Positions 1 through 9,128 of a stretch of 64,000 bases of DNA are shown piece after piece. The position numbers and the translations under genes were made by a program. Source of the DNA: Nitrospirales bacterium (GTDB lineage: Bacteria; Nitrospirota; Nitrospiria; Nitrospirales; UBA8639); contig CBDDOW010000006.1 of assembly GCA_965232175.1 (NCBI GenBank), positions 1,315,764-1,379,763 of the forward strand, in the 5' to 3' direction. Each line of letters starts with the position of its first letter. The stretch's first letter is position 1. Below the pieces are notes generated by a model. The model ran no database searches. It was not told the DNA's origin and saw only the letters and a program-made list of their open reading frames with translations.

Positions 1-952
1 CATCCCCGACCAGGCCAATCCGGGTGATCTGGACACCACCCTGACCAGTCTTCACCCCTATCTGCGGTATGCCCTCACCGACCGGCTGACGGTCTGGGGC
101 CTGGTGGGCTACGGCTGGGGCGATCTCACCCTGACTCAGACGGACGGGACCGCCATCGACACGGACACGGATTTCCTCATGGGCGCGGTGGGGAGTCGGG
201 GCCTGCTGCTGGACCCGGCCACCACCGGCGGGCTTCAACTCGCCACCCGTCTGGATGCCATGTTTACCCGCACCAGTACCGAGGCCGCGGCGGACATGGC
301 GGCGACGGACGCGGATGCGCACCGGCTGCGGCTGGTGCTGGAAGGGAGCCGTCGCTACGCCTGGGCCGAAGGCCGGCACCTGACCCCGACCGTGGAAGTG
401 GGGCTCCGGCATGACTGGGGCGATGCCGAGACCGGCTTCGGGGTGGAAGTCGGCGGCCGCGTGCAATATGCCGACCCAAGGCTGGGCTTAACCGTGGAAG
501 GCGCGGTGCGGGGGTTGGTGGCGCATGAAGCCGAGGCGTATGACGAATGGGGGGCGAGCGGCACGGTCCGGCTGGCGCCGGGCGTGGGCGGTCAGGGGTT
601 GGCCCTGACGCTGCAACCGGCCTGGGGAGCCACGGCCAGTGGGGTGGAGGCCTTATGGGGCCGGCAGAGCACCGCGGGGCTGGCGCCCCGCGCCAATCAG
701 GCCGCTACCGGCAGCCTCGCGGCGGAGGTGGGGTATGGAGTCCCGGCGTTTGACACGGGATTGGTAACGCCCTATGCGGGCACGATGCTGGCGGAGGGCG
801 CGAGCCGAACGTACCGGGTGGGCACGCGGCTGCTGGTGCCGGGTCAGGGCGCTACGGGGCTGACCATGACCTTGGAAGGCCTGCGCACGGAGCCCACCGG
901 ATTGCAACCGCTCAATCAGGGCCTCCGCCTCCAGGCCACCTGGGGGTTTTGA
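1..952 (+). CDS. autotransporter outer-membrane beta-barrel domain protein (C-terminal part, 5' end outside window)
   Basis: The frame is open from the window edge. SLHPYLRYALTDRLTVWGLVGYGWGDLTL and the terminal LRLQATWGF (aromatic last residue) are typical of autotransporter beta-domains. Confidence 0.75.
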   Translation, partial: IPDQANPGDLDTTLTSLHPYLRYALTDRLTVWGLVGYGWGDLTLTQTDGTAIDTDTDFLMGAVGSRGLLLDPATTGGLQLATRLDAMFTRTSTEAAADMAATDADAHRLRLVLEGSRRYAWAEGRHLTPTVEVGLRHDWGDAETGFGVEVGGRVQYADPRLGLTVEGAVRGLVAHEAEAYDEWGASGTVRLAPGVGGQGLALTLQPAWGATASGVEALWGRQSTAGLAPRANQAATGSLAAEVGYGVPAFDTGLVTPYAGTMLAEGASRTYRVGTRLLVPGQGATGLTMTLEGLRTEPTGLQPLNQGLRLQATWGF

Positions 953-954
953 GG

Positions 955-1180
955 GGGGGCTGTCGGGATAACCCCCTGAATCCCCCTTGTCAGGGGGACA
1001 GGAGCGGGCCTCTTCGCCCCCCTGATAAGGGGGGGGCGAATTCCCGAAGAGGGAATGAGCGAGGGGGTTTGGGAGGGCAGGGGGCTGTCGGATTACGCTG
1101 CGCTCATCCGATCACCAGATCCGCCTCCTTCCGTCATCCCTGACTTGATCGAGGATCCGGCGTCTTTGTTTTTGCCTTTG
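955..1180. repeat. REP-like intergenic repeat mosaic
   Basis: cttccgtcatccctgacttgatcgaggatccggcgtctttg recurs at 35172-35212. ggattacgctgcgctcatcc-type palindromes recur at about 9009 and 35475. Confidence 0.6.
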
Positions 1181-1218
1181 TAGCTGCGCCATCACGGGTC
1201 AAAGCCCGGAACACGCCG

Positions 1219-1875
1219 TCAGGCGCGTCCCCTGCCGGTCGTTGTGGATTGCGCGGCTTCCTTCGCCAGTCGATCCACCAGCTCGTTATACGTGGCGCCG
1301 GAGTGGGCCTGCACTTTCCGCCACGTGAGGGTCATGCCCAGGGCCCGGACCCGTTCCGCGTACTCCCGGGTAAAGGACGTCCTGGTCTTCCACGTGCCTT
1401 CCACCCAACTGGCTAATCCCGCGTAGTCGAAATGGATCGTGGCCGCGGTAATGCCGCGTTCCCGGCAATGCTCCAGCGCCTGCAGGACCGCCTGAATTTC
1501 TCCGGCCACGTTTCGATGCCGGCGCGCCTCAACCGGCACGTCATGTCCGCTTGCCCGGTGGAGTTCCCGTTCGCCATCGAGGATGACGTAGGCCCAGCCG
1601 AAGCGCAGGCGGCCGCTCCCGTGCTGGAGGCAGGACCCATCAACCCAAATGTGGATGGTGCCGGTTGTGGGCGGGGAGGTTGTTGGGGGAAGCGAGGTCG
1701 CCGGGGGCGGGACGGTCGCCCCGGCAAGACCGTCGCCCACGAAGGCCAGGGCTTGGGCTTTGGTGGGGAAGGCTTTGTAGAGGGCTCCGGGAAATCCCCT
1801 GACCTGCTCGTCACACGCGGGCCACGTTGTATAGACCCCGGGCCGGCGCCCTTTGCGCACCGCGTAGAATTTCAC
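1219..1875 (-). CDS. rnhA: ribonuclease HI with N-terminal hybrid-binding (caulimovirus viroplasmin-like) domain
   Basis: N-terminus is KFYAVRKGRRPGVYTTWPACDEQVRGFPGALYKAF. The RNase H core is WVDGSC...GWAYV...NVAGEIQAV...VQAHSG..NELVDRLAKEA. GTG start. Confidence 0.85.
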   Translation of the reverse strand: MKFYAVRKGRRPGVYTTWPACDEQVRGFPGALYKAFPTKAQALAFVGDGLAGATVPPPATSLPPTTSPPTTGTIHIWVDGSCLQHGSGRLRFGWAYVILDGERELHRASGHDVPVEARRHRNVAGEIQAVLQALEHCRERGITAATIHFDYAGLASWVEGTWKTRTSFTREYAERVRALGMTLTWRKVQAHSGATYNELVDRLAKEAAQSTTTGRGRA

Positions 1876-1880
1876 GGCGC

Positions 1881-3011
1881 TTATTCACCCTTCAACTGTT
1901 TCACGCGTTCCAGAACGAACCTGATGCGCTGGATTTCCCTGGGAATCCCTTCGACCAGGGCGAGATACGTTTCGTATTCTTCGATCGCCCGGCGGGTATC
2001 GGTCTGCTCCAGGCTCTTTGCCAGATTGAACCGCGCTTCGGCGAAGTTCGGACGCAGGACGAGCGCCCGTTTGAAGAGTTCGATGGCGCGGGCCGGCTGG
2101 TGTTGTTCGTCCAGGACCCGGCCGAGATTGCTGATGATCGCCGGAGCATTGGGGCGAAGCGAAAGGGCCTGCTCCAATTCGCGTTGCGCGTCGGCCAGTT
2201 GGCCTTGATCCCGAAGCGCCAGGCCCAGTCGATGATGGGCTTCGGCCAAGCGGGCTTCGTCCTTGAGCCCGTATTGAATGGATTGCCGGTAGGCTTGAAT
2301 GGCCAGCGCCGGCCGGGCGGTTCCGCAGGACCCGAACAGCGCGGCTTCCCCTCGCGCGAATTGCTGAAGGCCCAGGAAATCGTCGCCTTGGTCCGCCTCG
2401 GGCGAGGAGTCTTCGGACGTCGCGGACCGGCTTCGATTGAGACCCGGGAGAAAGGTTTCACGATAACTCGACAGAAGCTGCTCGTACGGATCGATTGCCA
2501 TGGACGCCACGAGCAACGTCGGGTCGCCGTCGCTCTCCAGCACCAGGTATTGAGTCGTGCTGGTGTAATCTCCGGTCCGGTACAGCACCGCGGACCGCGC
2601 GCCCTCTTCCGAGAGGAGTTGCGTGGGATCGATGTAAAACGTGGACGACGGGATGAGTTCGGACAGGGTTTCCCGCAGCACGGGATACGGCTTTAAGGAA
2701 AGCCCCTGTTGATAGCGAAACACGGCGCCGACCAGACGCCGTTCATCATTGAAAAAGTAAAACCGGTCGTGATCGGGCTGACCGCCTTGCGCCAACCGTT
2801 GCAGTTGTTCTCCTGTTCCCCAGGGCACCCGTTGATAGCGGACGTCCCGCCAGCGTTGGACAATGGTTTCCTCGGCGTCGCAGAGGCGAGCTGTCCCCAA
2901 CAATTCAAGATCGCTTGCCGATGGGGGAAGCATGGGGTCGCGAGGCGGCGACGACGGCGTCCCGCACGCCGCGAGCATCGCCAGCCCCAGGACACAGCCC
3001 CATTGTCCCAC
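1881..3011 (-). CDS. TPR-repeat lipoprotein
   Basis: The C-terminal half has TPR-like repeats (AEAHHRLGLALRDQGQLADAQRELEQALSLRPN, ARAIELFKRALVLRPNFAEARFNLAKSLE). The likely GTG start at 3011 gives the lipobox LAMLAAC. The longer ORF to 3212 runs through a tRNA gene. Confidence 0.6.
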   Translation of the reverse strand: MGQWGCVLGLAMLAACGTPSSPPRDPMLPPSASDLELLGTARLCDAEETIVQRWRDVRYQRVPWGTGEQLQRLAQGGQPDHDRFYFFNDERRLVGAVFRYQQGLSLKPYPVLRETLSELIPSSTFYIDPTQLLSEEGARSAVLYRTGDYTSTTQYLVLESDGDPTLLVASMAIDPYEQLLSSYRETFLPGLNRSRSATSEDSSPEADQGDDFLGLQQFARGEAALFGSCGTARPALAIQAYRQSIQYGLKDEARLAEAHHRLGLALRDQGQLADAQRELEQALSLRPNAPAIISNLGRVLDEQHQPARAIELFKRALVLRPNFAEARFNLAKSLEQTDTRRAIEEYETYLALVEGIPREIQRIRFVLERVKQLKGE

Positions 3012-3133
3012 GCGGCGCGTGGCCGGCTTGCGCGCGGCGGGGGGAGGGTTCCACGGCCCCGGCGGGTTCACGGCTGAGGGGGTGGGGGAGGACTTCAAGC
3101 TCGACCTGCGTTGTCCGGTGAAGGATGGTGAAA

Positions 3134-3208
3134 TGGTGGGCGATACTGGTATCGAACCAGTGGCCTCTTCCGTGTGAGGGAAGCGCTCTCCCACTGAGCT
3201 AATCGCCC
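3134..3208 (-). tRNA. tRNA-Val (anticodon CAC), CCA encoded
   Basis: Reverse complement is GGGCGATTAGCTCAGTGGGAGAGCGCTTCCCTCACACGGAAGAGGCCACTGGTTCGATACCAGTATCGCCCACCA. It folds as a cloverleaf: 7-bp acceptor stem, anticodon loop CTCACAC, T-loop TTCGATA. Confidence 0.9.
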
Positions 3209-3350
3209 ACAAAACGAGTCTAGCATAGCCTGCCGATTGCTGACAATGAAACGGACTCGTCCCTGCCTTCTGTCAACGAATGCGCGAGCATCCGGGCTCG
3301 TGAAAAAGAGGTGGCCCCCGTTCCCGAATATTTGTCACAATACCCGTCCG

Positions 3351-4340
3351 ATGAATCATGGTGAGAGATACCCGGACGTGACTCCGCGTCCGGGAGGCGA
3401 TGTTCCGGCGAGCGGCGTTCCGTCGTGGCTGCGCCTGGTTCAGGACGGGTTTCTCGCGTGGGTCCTGCTCGGAGCCGCCTGGGGCTGGTTTATGCCGGGT
3501 TCCGCGGCCTCCGGGAAAATCTGGATTCCCGAAGCGTTGGCCGTTGTGATGCTGGGGATGGGACTCACGCTCACGCCCCGGGACGTCCTCGACCTGCGCC
3601 ATGGAGGCCGGACGTTGCTGCTGGGCGTGGTCTTGCAGTACGTGGTGATGCCGCTGAGCGCCTGGGGCCTTGCGACGGTTCTGGGCCTGCCGAAATTGCT
3701 GGCGCTGGGCGTCATTCTGGTCGGGGCGTGTCCCGGAGGAACCGCCTCGAACGTGGTGGCCTACCTGGCGCGGGGCGACGTGGCGTTGTCCGTGGGCATG
3801 ACCACGGTCTCGACGGTGCTCAGTCCGCTCGTGACGCCCCTGTGGATCTGGCTTCTCGCCTCCGCGTGGCTGGCGATTGATCCGCTCCCGCTCTTCTGGA
3901 CGGTCGCCAGAATTGTGTTGTTGCCGGTGGCCGCGGGCGTGTTGCTGCGCCGCGTCTGGCAACCGGGTCCCTGGTTGTTGGAAGGCGCGCTGCCGCTCCT
4001 GTCGATGGTCGTCATCGCGTGGATCGTCGGCGTGATCGTCGGGTTGAATCATGATCACGGTGGCGTGGCCGGTCCGGTCGTGCTGGCCGTCGTTCTCCAT
4101 AACGCCGCGGGCCTGACCCTCGGATATTGGGGGTCCCGGCTGCGGAAGCTCCCGCTTCGCCGTTGCCGGACTGTGGCCCTCGAAGTCGGCATGCAGAATT
4201 CCGGGCTGGCGGTGGCCCTGGCCGTGGCTCATTTCGGTCCGGTCGCGGCCGTGCCCGGCGCGATCTTCAGTATCTGGCACAATGTCACCGGTCCCCTGTT
4301 GGCGAGCGTCTGGCGCCGGGTCAAAACGGACGGGACCTAG
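3351..4340 (+). CDS. bile acid:sodium symporter (BASS) family transporter
   Basis: Polytopic membrane protein with GLTLTPRDV...VGACPGGTASNVVAYLARGDVALSV...EVGMQNSGLAVALA, typical of the BASS/SBF family. The start is uncertain (3237 or 3351). Confidence 0.7.
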   Translation: MNHGERYPDVTPRPGGDVPASGVPSWLRLVQDGFLAWVLLGAAWGWFMPGSAASGKIWIPEALAVVMLGMGLTLTPRDVLDLRHGGRTLLLGVVLQYVVMPLSAWGLATVLGLPKLLALGVILVGACPGGTASNVVAYLARGDVALSVGMTTVSTVLSPLVTPLWIWLLASAWLAIDPLPLFWTVARIVLLPVAAGVLLRRVWQPGPWLLEGALPLLSMVVIAWIVGVIVGLNHDHGGVAGPVVLAVVLHNAAGLTLGYWGSRLRKLPLRRCRTVALEVGMQNSGLAVALAVAHFGPVAAVPGAIFSIWHNVTGPLLASVWRRVKTDGT

Positions 4341-4581
4341 CTGACCCGCGATTGGCGCGGCGGCGCCCGGCTCTTGACGGAATCGGGGCAACTTGCGTAC
4401 TGATAGGTATTCATCCGGGTCGTCGTCACGCAGTGCGTCATTGGGTTCGCGCATGGGCACACGCTCTCAACTCCAGCCGCCACCGGTCGTCGCCGGCTCC
4501 TTCTCGTCCGCTTGTCCATCCCCGGTTCAGTCGATGGCGCGGCGCGCGCGACGAACGCGTCCGGGGGGCTTTTTTCAATGC

Positions 4582-5256
4582 ATGCCGGTCGGGGAGGCCC
4601 GGGAAGATTCCTCCGGGGCTATCATCCGGGTCAGGGACGTGGCGGCTCTTCTGGTTATCGGCGCGTGGCTGCTGGTGACGGTATCGGCATGTGAACATTC
4701 GAAACGCGCCCACGGCACGGGGGTCGAGGAGAGGCGCGCGCAGATGCAACAAGCGGCTGAGCCCGATGCGATGGCGGAGCAGGAAATCGCGCAAACCCGG
4801 GAGCCCGAAGTTGCCCGGCTTGCCCCGTTCGATTTCATTCCGGAGAGGCCTCCTCAGCCGCGCCTGCCTGAGGAGCCGGTCGCGGCGGTTGCGCTGCCCG
4901 CAGCGCCCGCGCCGCCCGCGGAAGAGGCCGGATTAGCCGACGTCTTTTTTGATTTTGACCGATATGCGATCCGTTCCGATGCCGTCCCCGTCCTTGAACG
5001 GAACGCCGAACTCCTCAAGCAGGCCGGTCACAATGCCGGCGTGCTGCTCGAAGGACATTGCGACGAACTGGGGAGCGTGCAATATAATCTGGAACTGGGG
5101 AAACGCCGGGCTCAAGCCGTGAAGGATTATTTGGTTGACCTGGGAGTCGAAGCGTCCGGCATTCACATTGTCAGCTACGGAAAGGAACGGCCGTTTTGCG
5201 CGGAATCCACCCGGCGTTGCCGGCAGCGCAATCGGCGGGTCCATTTTGTCCGGTAG
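4582..5256 (+). CDS. pal: peptidoglycan-associated lipoprotein (OmpA-family C-terminal domain)
   Basis: Lipobox LLVTVSAC. The OmpA-like domain is VFFDFDRYAIRSDAVPVLERNAELLK...LLEGHCDELGSVQYNLELGKRRAQAVKDYLV..GV....IVSYGKERP. Confidence 0.8.
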   Translation: MPVGEAREDSSGAIIRVRDVAALLVIGAWLLVTVSACEHSKRAHGTGVEERRAQMQQAAEPDAMAEQEIAQTREPEVARLAPFDFIPERPPQPRLPEEPVAAVALPAAPAPPAEEAGLADVFFDFDRYAIRSDAVPVLERNAELLKQAGHNAGVLLEGHCDELGSVQYNLELGKRRAQAVKDYLVDLGVEASGIHIVSYGKERPFCAESTRRCRQRNRRVHFVR

Positions 5257-5266
5257 GTCCACGCAC

Positions 5267-6736
5267 ATGCGAACACTGGAAACCCTGAACTTCGACAACA
5301 CGTATGCCCGGCTGCCCGAGGTCTTCTTTGAACGGGTGATGCCCACGGGCTTTGCCCCCTCGCATCTGGTCGGGTTCAATCCTTCGGCCGCGGCGTTGAT
5401 CGACCTGAACCCGGATGAAGCCAAGCGCCCGGAGTTCCATGAGGCCATGGGCGGCAACCTGCTGCTGCCGGGGAGCGAGCCCCTTGCCCAGCTCTATGCG
5501 GGGCATCAGTTCGGGCACTACGTGTCGCCGCTCGGGGACGGGCGCGCGATTCTGTTGGGCGAAGTGCGCAACTCCCGCGGCGAGAAGTGGGACCTGCATC
5601 TGAAGGGGGCCGGGATGACCCGCTTTTCCCGGGACGGCGACGGCCGGGCGGTGCTTCGTTCGACGATCCGGGAATACCTGTGTGGCGAGGCCATGCACGG
5701 ATTGGGCATCCCGACGACCCGCTCCCTGTGTCTGATCGGCAGCGAGGAAGCCGTGCTTCGGGACAGCGTGGAGACCGGCGCGATGCTCGTGCGCCTGGCC
5801 CCGAGCCACGTCCGGTTCGGGACGTTTGAAATCTTTTTTTATCGCCGTCAGTACGAGCATCTCAAGACCCTGGCGGATTACGTGCTGGCCGGGCATTTCC
5901 CCCATCTCGCCGGGCAGCCGGATGCTTACGCGCACCTGCTGCGCGAGGTGGCCGAACGGACGGGCCGGCTGATTGCCCGATGGCAGGCCGTGGGCTGGGC
6001 GCACGGGGTCATGAATACCGACAACATGTCGATCCTCGGGCTGACCCTCGATTATGGGCCGTATGGGTTCATGGATGATTTCAACCCCGGGTTTATTCCC
6101 AATCATTCCGACCGGTACGGCCGGTACTCGTTTCAGAACCAGCCCGATATCGGGTATTGGAACGTGCGCGCGATTGCCCGGGCCCTTTCCCCCCTGGTGG
6201 GAGAAGCCGACGTCCTTGAAGCCCCCGAACGCTATGAAACCACTATGCAACGAACCTATGCGGATCTGATGCAGGCCAAGTTGGGGCTGCAAGACGTCCG
6301 CGAAGGCGACGACAAACTCCGGCGCGACGTGCTCGCGCTCATGCACAGCAACGGCGTGGACTACACGAATTTCTTTCGGGCGCTCGGGTCCTTCAATCAG
6401 GACGACCCCGCGGCGAACGAACCTCTGCGGGACCGGTTCCCCGACCGGGACGGATTCGACTGGTGGGCGGACCGGTATTGCGCGCGACTCAAGGCCGAGC
6501 GCAGCGCGGACGCCGAACGCAAGGCGCGCATGGACGCCTGCAATCCCAAATACGTGTTGAGAAATTATCTGGCGCACGTGGCGATTGACCGGGCGATCCA
6601 ACACCGGGATTACTCCGAGATCGATCGCCTGCGGGAACTGCTGTGCCGCCCGTTCGACGACCAACCCGAGATGAACGAGTATGCCGCTCCGCCGCCGGAT
6701 TGGGGCAAGCGGATCGTGGTGAGTTGCGCCTCGTAG
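5267..6736 (+). CDS. selO: protein adenylyltransferase SelO (YdiU family)
   Basis: LNFDNTYARLPEVFF...YAGHQFGHYVSPLGDGRAILLGEV...WDLHLKGAGMTRFSRDGDGRAVLRSTIREYLCGEAMHGLGIPTTRSL...GVMNTDNMSILGLTLDYGPYGFMD. Confidence 0.9.
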   Translation: MRTLETLNFDNTYARLPEVFFERVMPTGFAPSHLVGFNPSAAALIDLNPDEAKRPEFHEAMGGNLLLPGSEPLAQLYAGHQFGHYVSPLGDGRAILLGEVRNSRGEKWDLHLKGAGMTRFSRDGDGRAVLRSTIREYLCGEAMHGLGIPTTRSLCLIGSEEAVLRDSVETGAMLVRLAPSHVRFGTFEIFFYRRQYEHLKTLADYVLAGHFPHLAGQPDAYAHLLREVAERTGRLIARWQAVGWAHGVMNTDNMSILGLTLDYGPYGFMDDFNPGFIPNHSDRYGRYSFQNQPDIGYWNVRAIARALSPLVGEADVLEAPERYETTMQRTYADLMQAKLGLQDVREGDDKLRRDVLALMHSNGVDYTNFFRALGSFNQDDPAANEPLRDRFPDRDGFDWWADRYCARLKAERSADAERKARMDACNPKYVLRNYLAHVAIDRAIQHRDYSEIDRLRELLCRPFDDQPEMNEYAAPPPDWGKRIVVSCAS

Positions 6737-6826
6737 CCGCGGAACCCACGGCGACGTCTATCCCCGGTAGTGTTCACAAAAGAAAAATTGGTATCCTTGA
6801 GCAGCCCGGGAGGTCTGTGCATCACC

Positions 6827-7513
6827 ATGATACGAGGCGTTCTTCTGTTGCTGCTGATCCTGGCCGTGTTGGTCGGACCGCAGGTGTGGACCAAATGGGT
6901 CTTCAACAAACATCGCGGGCGTCGCGAGGATTACGCGGGAACGGGCGGCGAGTTGGCCCGGCATTTGCTCGATCGTTTTGAAATGGCGCACGTGCGGGTC
7001 GAGACCACGGAACTCGGCGACCACTATGACCCGCAGGCCAAAGCGGTCCGGTTGCTCCCGGATCACTATCACGGCAAGTCGTTGACCGCGGTGACGGTCG
7101 CGGCGCACGAGGTGGGCCACGCCATTCAGGATCGAACCGGATACGGGCCGTTGCGGGAACGCACGAAACTCGTCCGGTGGGCGCAAGGCGCGGAAAAAGC
7201 CGGGTCCTTCGTCATGCTCGGGATTCCCATCGTCGCCGGGCTGACCCGTTCGCCGGCCGGCGGGCTGCTGGTGTTGCTGGCGGGGCTTGCCGTGATGTCG
7301 ATGGGAGCGTTGGTGCATCTGGTGACCCTGCCCGTGGAATGGGATGCCAGCTTTCGCCGGGCCCTTCCGATTCTCGAGCAAGGCCGGTATGTTCCGCCGC
7401 AGGACATGGACGGCGCGCGAACCATTCTGACGGCCGCGGCGCTGACGTACGTTGCGGCGTCACTGGGCGGGTTGCTGAACGTCTGGCGATGGATCATGCT
7501 CCTGCGCCGGTGA
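6827..7513 (+). CDS. membrane zinc metallopeptidase (YugP-like, HExxH)
   Basis: N-terminal TM segment, HEVGHAIQ zinc motif, and C-terminal TM segments. Confidence 0.65.
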   Translation: MIRGVLLLLLILAVLVGPQVWTKWVFNKHRGRREDYAGTGGELARHLLDRFEMAHVRVETTELGDHYDPQAKAVRLLPDHYHGKSLTAVTVAAHEVGHAIQDRTGYGPLRERTKLVRWAQGAEKAGSFVMLGIPIVAGLTRSPAGGLLVLLAGLAVMSMGALVHLVTLPVEWDASFRRALPILEQGRYVPPQDMDGARTILTAAALTYVAASLGGLLNVWRWIMLLRR

Positions 7514-7559
7514 GACTTGAAGAAGGAAATCGCGAAACTTGCAGTCCAGGCCAGGTGGC

Positions 7560-7883
7560 TTATGAAGCAACACCGCCCTTTGGGCTATTTTCGCCGATTC
7601 CTTCCTGCATATAATCGACAACAATTCTGACAAGCTGTTTAATCGTATCGTTGCACCTATGGTATGTAATGTTTTCTAGAGCTTTGTCTCCATATTGTCG
7701 AATCGCGTCACTAACCAGTGCATGAATAAACGACTGCGTTGTTGCATCAACACCGTCGAAATTCAATATAACCTTTTGATTTTGCGCCAGTGCTGGAAAA
7801 AGTTCGTTACGTCGGATATCCCTTGCGATGTCTTTGTTCTCTGCAAAAGATCCTGCTTTCGCAAAAATATTAATTCGTCTCAT
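7560..7883 (-). CDS. STAS-like DUF4325 domain protein
   Basis: 107 aa. KVILNFDGVDATTQSFIHALVSDAI matches my memory of the STAS-like DUF4325 fold. The ATGA overlap with the upstream ATPase gene suggests coupling. AT-richer than the flanks. Confidence 0.55.
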   Translation of the reverse strand: MRRINIFAKAGSFAENKDIARDIRRNELFPALAQNQKVILNFDGVDATTQSFIHALVSDAIRQYGDKALENITYHRCNDTIKQLVRIVVDYMQEGIGENSPKGGVAS

Positions 7884-8854
7884 GATGTGAACCTCGGTTT
7901 TTTGTATCGTGCCTTCCTGCGTTCTCGTATTTCTTTGCCATATGTTTCTCGGATTAAATCCAAAAGATTCGAGAATTCTCGTGTCCTATCGAGCGCGATA
8001 TTTACGCCAACAACTGTGCCCTTCCAATATGGGTATGTTTCATCCTTTGAGTGCTTATCTTCAAACGGATCGGCGGCTAAAACGGTGCGGCTTGTCGTTG
8101 GTTTTCGGAGTAATTTATACAATGCCTTCCCGCTGTAGATGATAAAGAAATCTCTATTTACACTCGCAATCGATTTGGTAAAAAACAATCCAGCTCCAGC
8201 GTTTTCCGGCGTCCCCCCCTCTCGTTTGGTTGTACCAGTAATCCCGGGCTGTAAGGCAAGCCGAATTGCGTCCATGTCAGTCAAGGCTGGATATGATTGA
8301 TTTATGGCTTTCTTAATGCCAATCCCCGTATCAGCAATCCCAATCCCGACCGAATTGCTCTTTTTGTAATATTGGGCACATATAATTGCGCCATGTTCTG
8401 CCTGCGCATGTTCGATTACGTTTCTGACTAATTCGCTGGCGATATAACGCAGGGTTTGGGCTTGGGCTGGCCGATCTTGAAGATGCAGCAATGGGATCAT
8501 GTTTGTAATAAATTGTGTGGCTTCGTCTGAGTTTTGAATCCTCGACAAGGGGATAAACCGACCGGAGGGGTCATGTTCTAGAACCGTATCCTCTGCTGGG
8601 TCAAGCCCCAAAAAATCCAGGAGCCCCATGCGAATGATGTAATTTTTCGACTTTGACGCGAATTTAATGCATTGAATATGTCGGGTTTCGACCGTTGAGC
8701 CAAGTGCCGCAATCATCGCTAAAACCACTGGATGTACAGCCATCCACTTCTCATTTGCTCTTATTTGAAGTTCCCCCGGCGAGGCTGGGTCAAAATTTCT
8801 CAGAAAATGGTTAATATTACCCAGGAAGGCGCTATTTGGTATATAAATCTTCAT
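7880..8854 (-). CDS. GHKL/histidine-kinase-like ATPase (RsbW/SpoIIAB-like) with unknown N-terminal domain
   Basis: Bergerat-fold motifs: ELVRNVIEHA (N box), IADTGIGI (G1), GAGLFF (G2). The ~130-aa N-terminal region has no recognisable motif. Confidence 0.6.
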   Translation of the reverse strand: MKIYIPNSAFLGNINHFLRNFDPASPGELQIRANEKWMAVHPVVLAMIAALGSTVETRHIQCIKFASKSKNYIIRMGLLDFLGLDPAEDTVLEHDPSGRFIPLSRIQNSDEATQFITNMIPLLHLQDRPAQAQTLRYIASELVRNVIEHAQAEHGAIICAQYYKKSNSVGIGIADTGIGIKKAINQSYPALTDMDAIRLALQPGITGTTKREGGTPENAGAGLFFTKSIASVNRDFFIIYSGKALYKLLRKPTTSRTVLAADPFEDKHSKDETYPYWKGTVVGVNIALDRTREFSNLLDLIRETYGKEIRERRKARYKKPRFTS

Positions 8855-8862
8855 GCTTGAAA

Positions 8863-8910
8863 TTTACCGGGAATCCAGGTATTTTGTCAAATACCTGGAT
8901 TCCCGGTAAA
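8863..8910. repeat. perfect 22-bp inverted repeat (hairpin, 4-nt loop)
   Basis: tttaccgggaatccaggtattt tgtc aaatacctggattcccggtaaa, 9 nt upstream of the ATPase start codon. Confidence 0.95.
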
Positions 8911-9128
8911 CTTACTTGAAAATTCTTAACGGCTCACACGTAATATCTTCATGAATAGGCTCAATAAGGAGCAACGCGCACAAGAGGTATCTGCCTTAGC
9001 TGTGTAGGTGGATTAGCGTAGCGTAATCCAACAATTGCCATTCCGCGGTCCGATGATCGAACAGGTCGAGAAAAGTTCCAAGCTTTGCACGCGCCGGAAC
9101 GTTATCCTTTTAGAACACACACTAATGC

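Noticed and set aside
3012-3212. N-terminal extension of the 443-aa ORF 1881-3212 (MWAISSVGERFPHTEEATGSIPVSPT...)
   Set aside because: This part is the reverse translation of the tRNA-Val gene at 3134-3208. A GTG at 3011 gives a lipoprotein signal, so the CDS was shortened.
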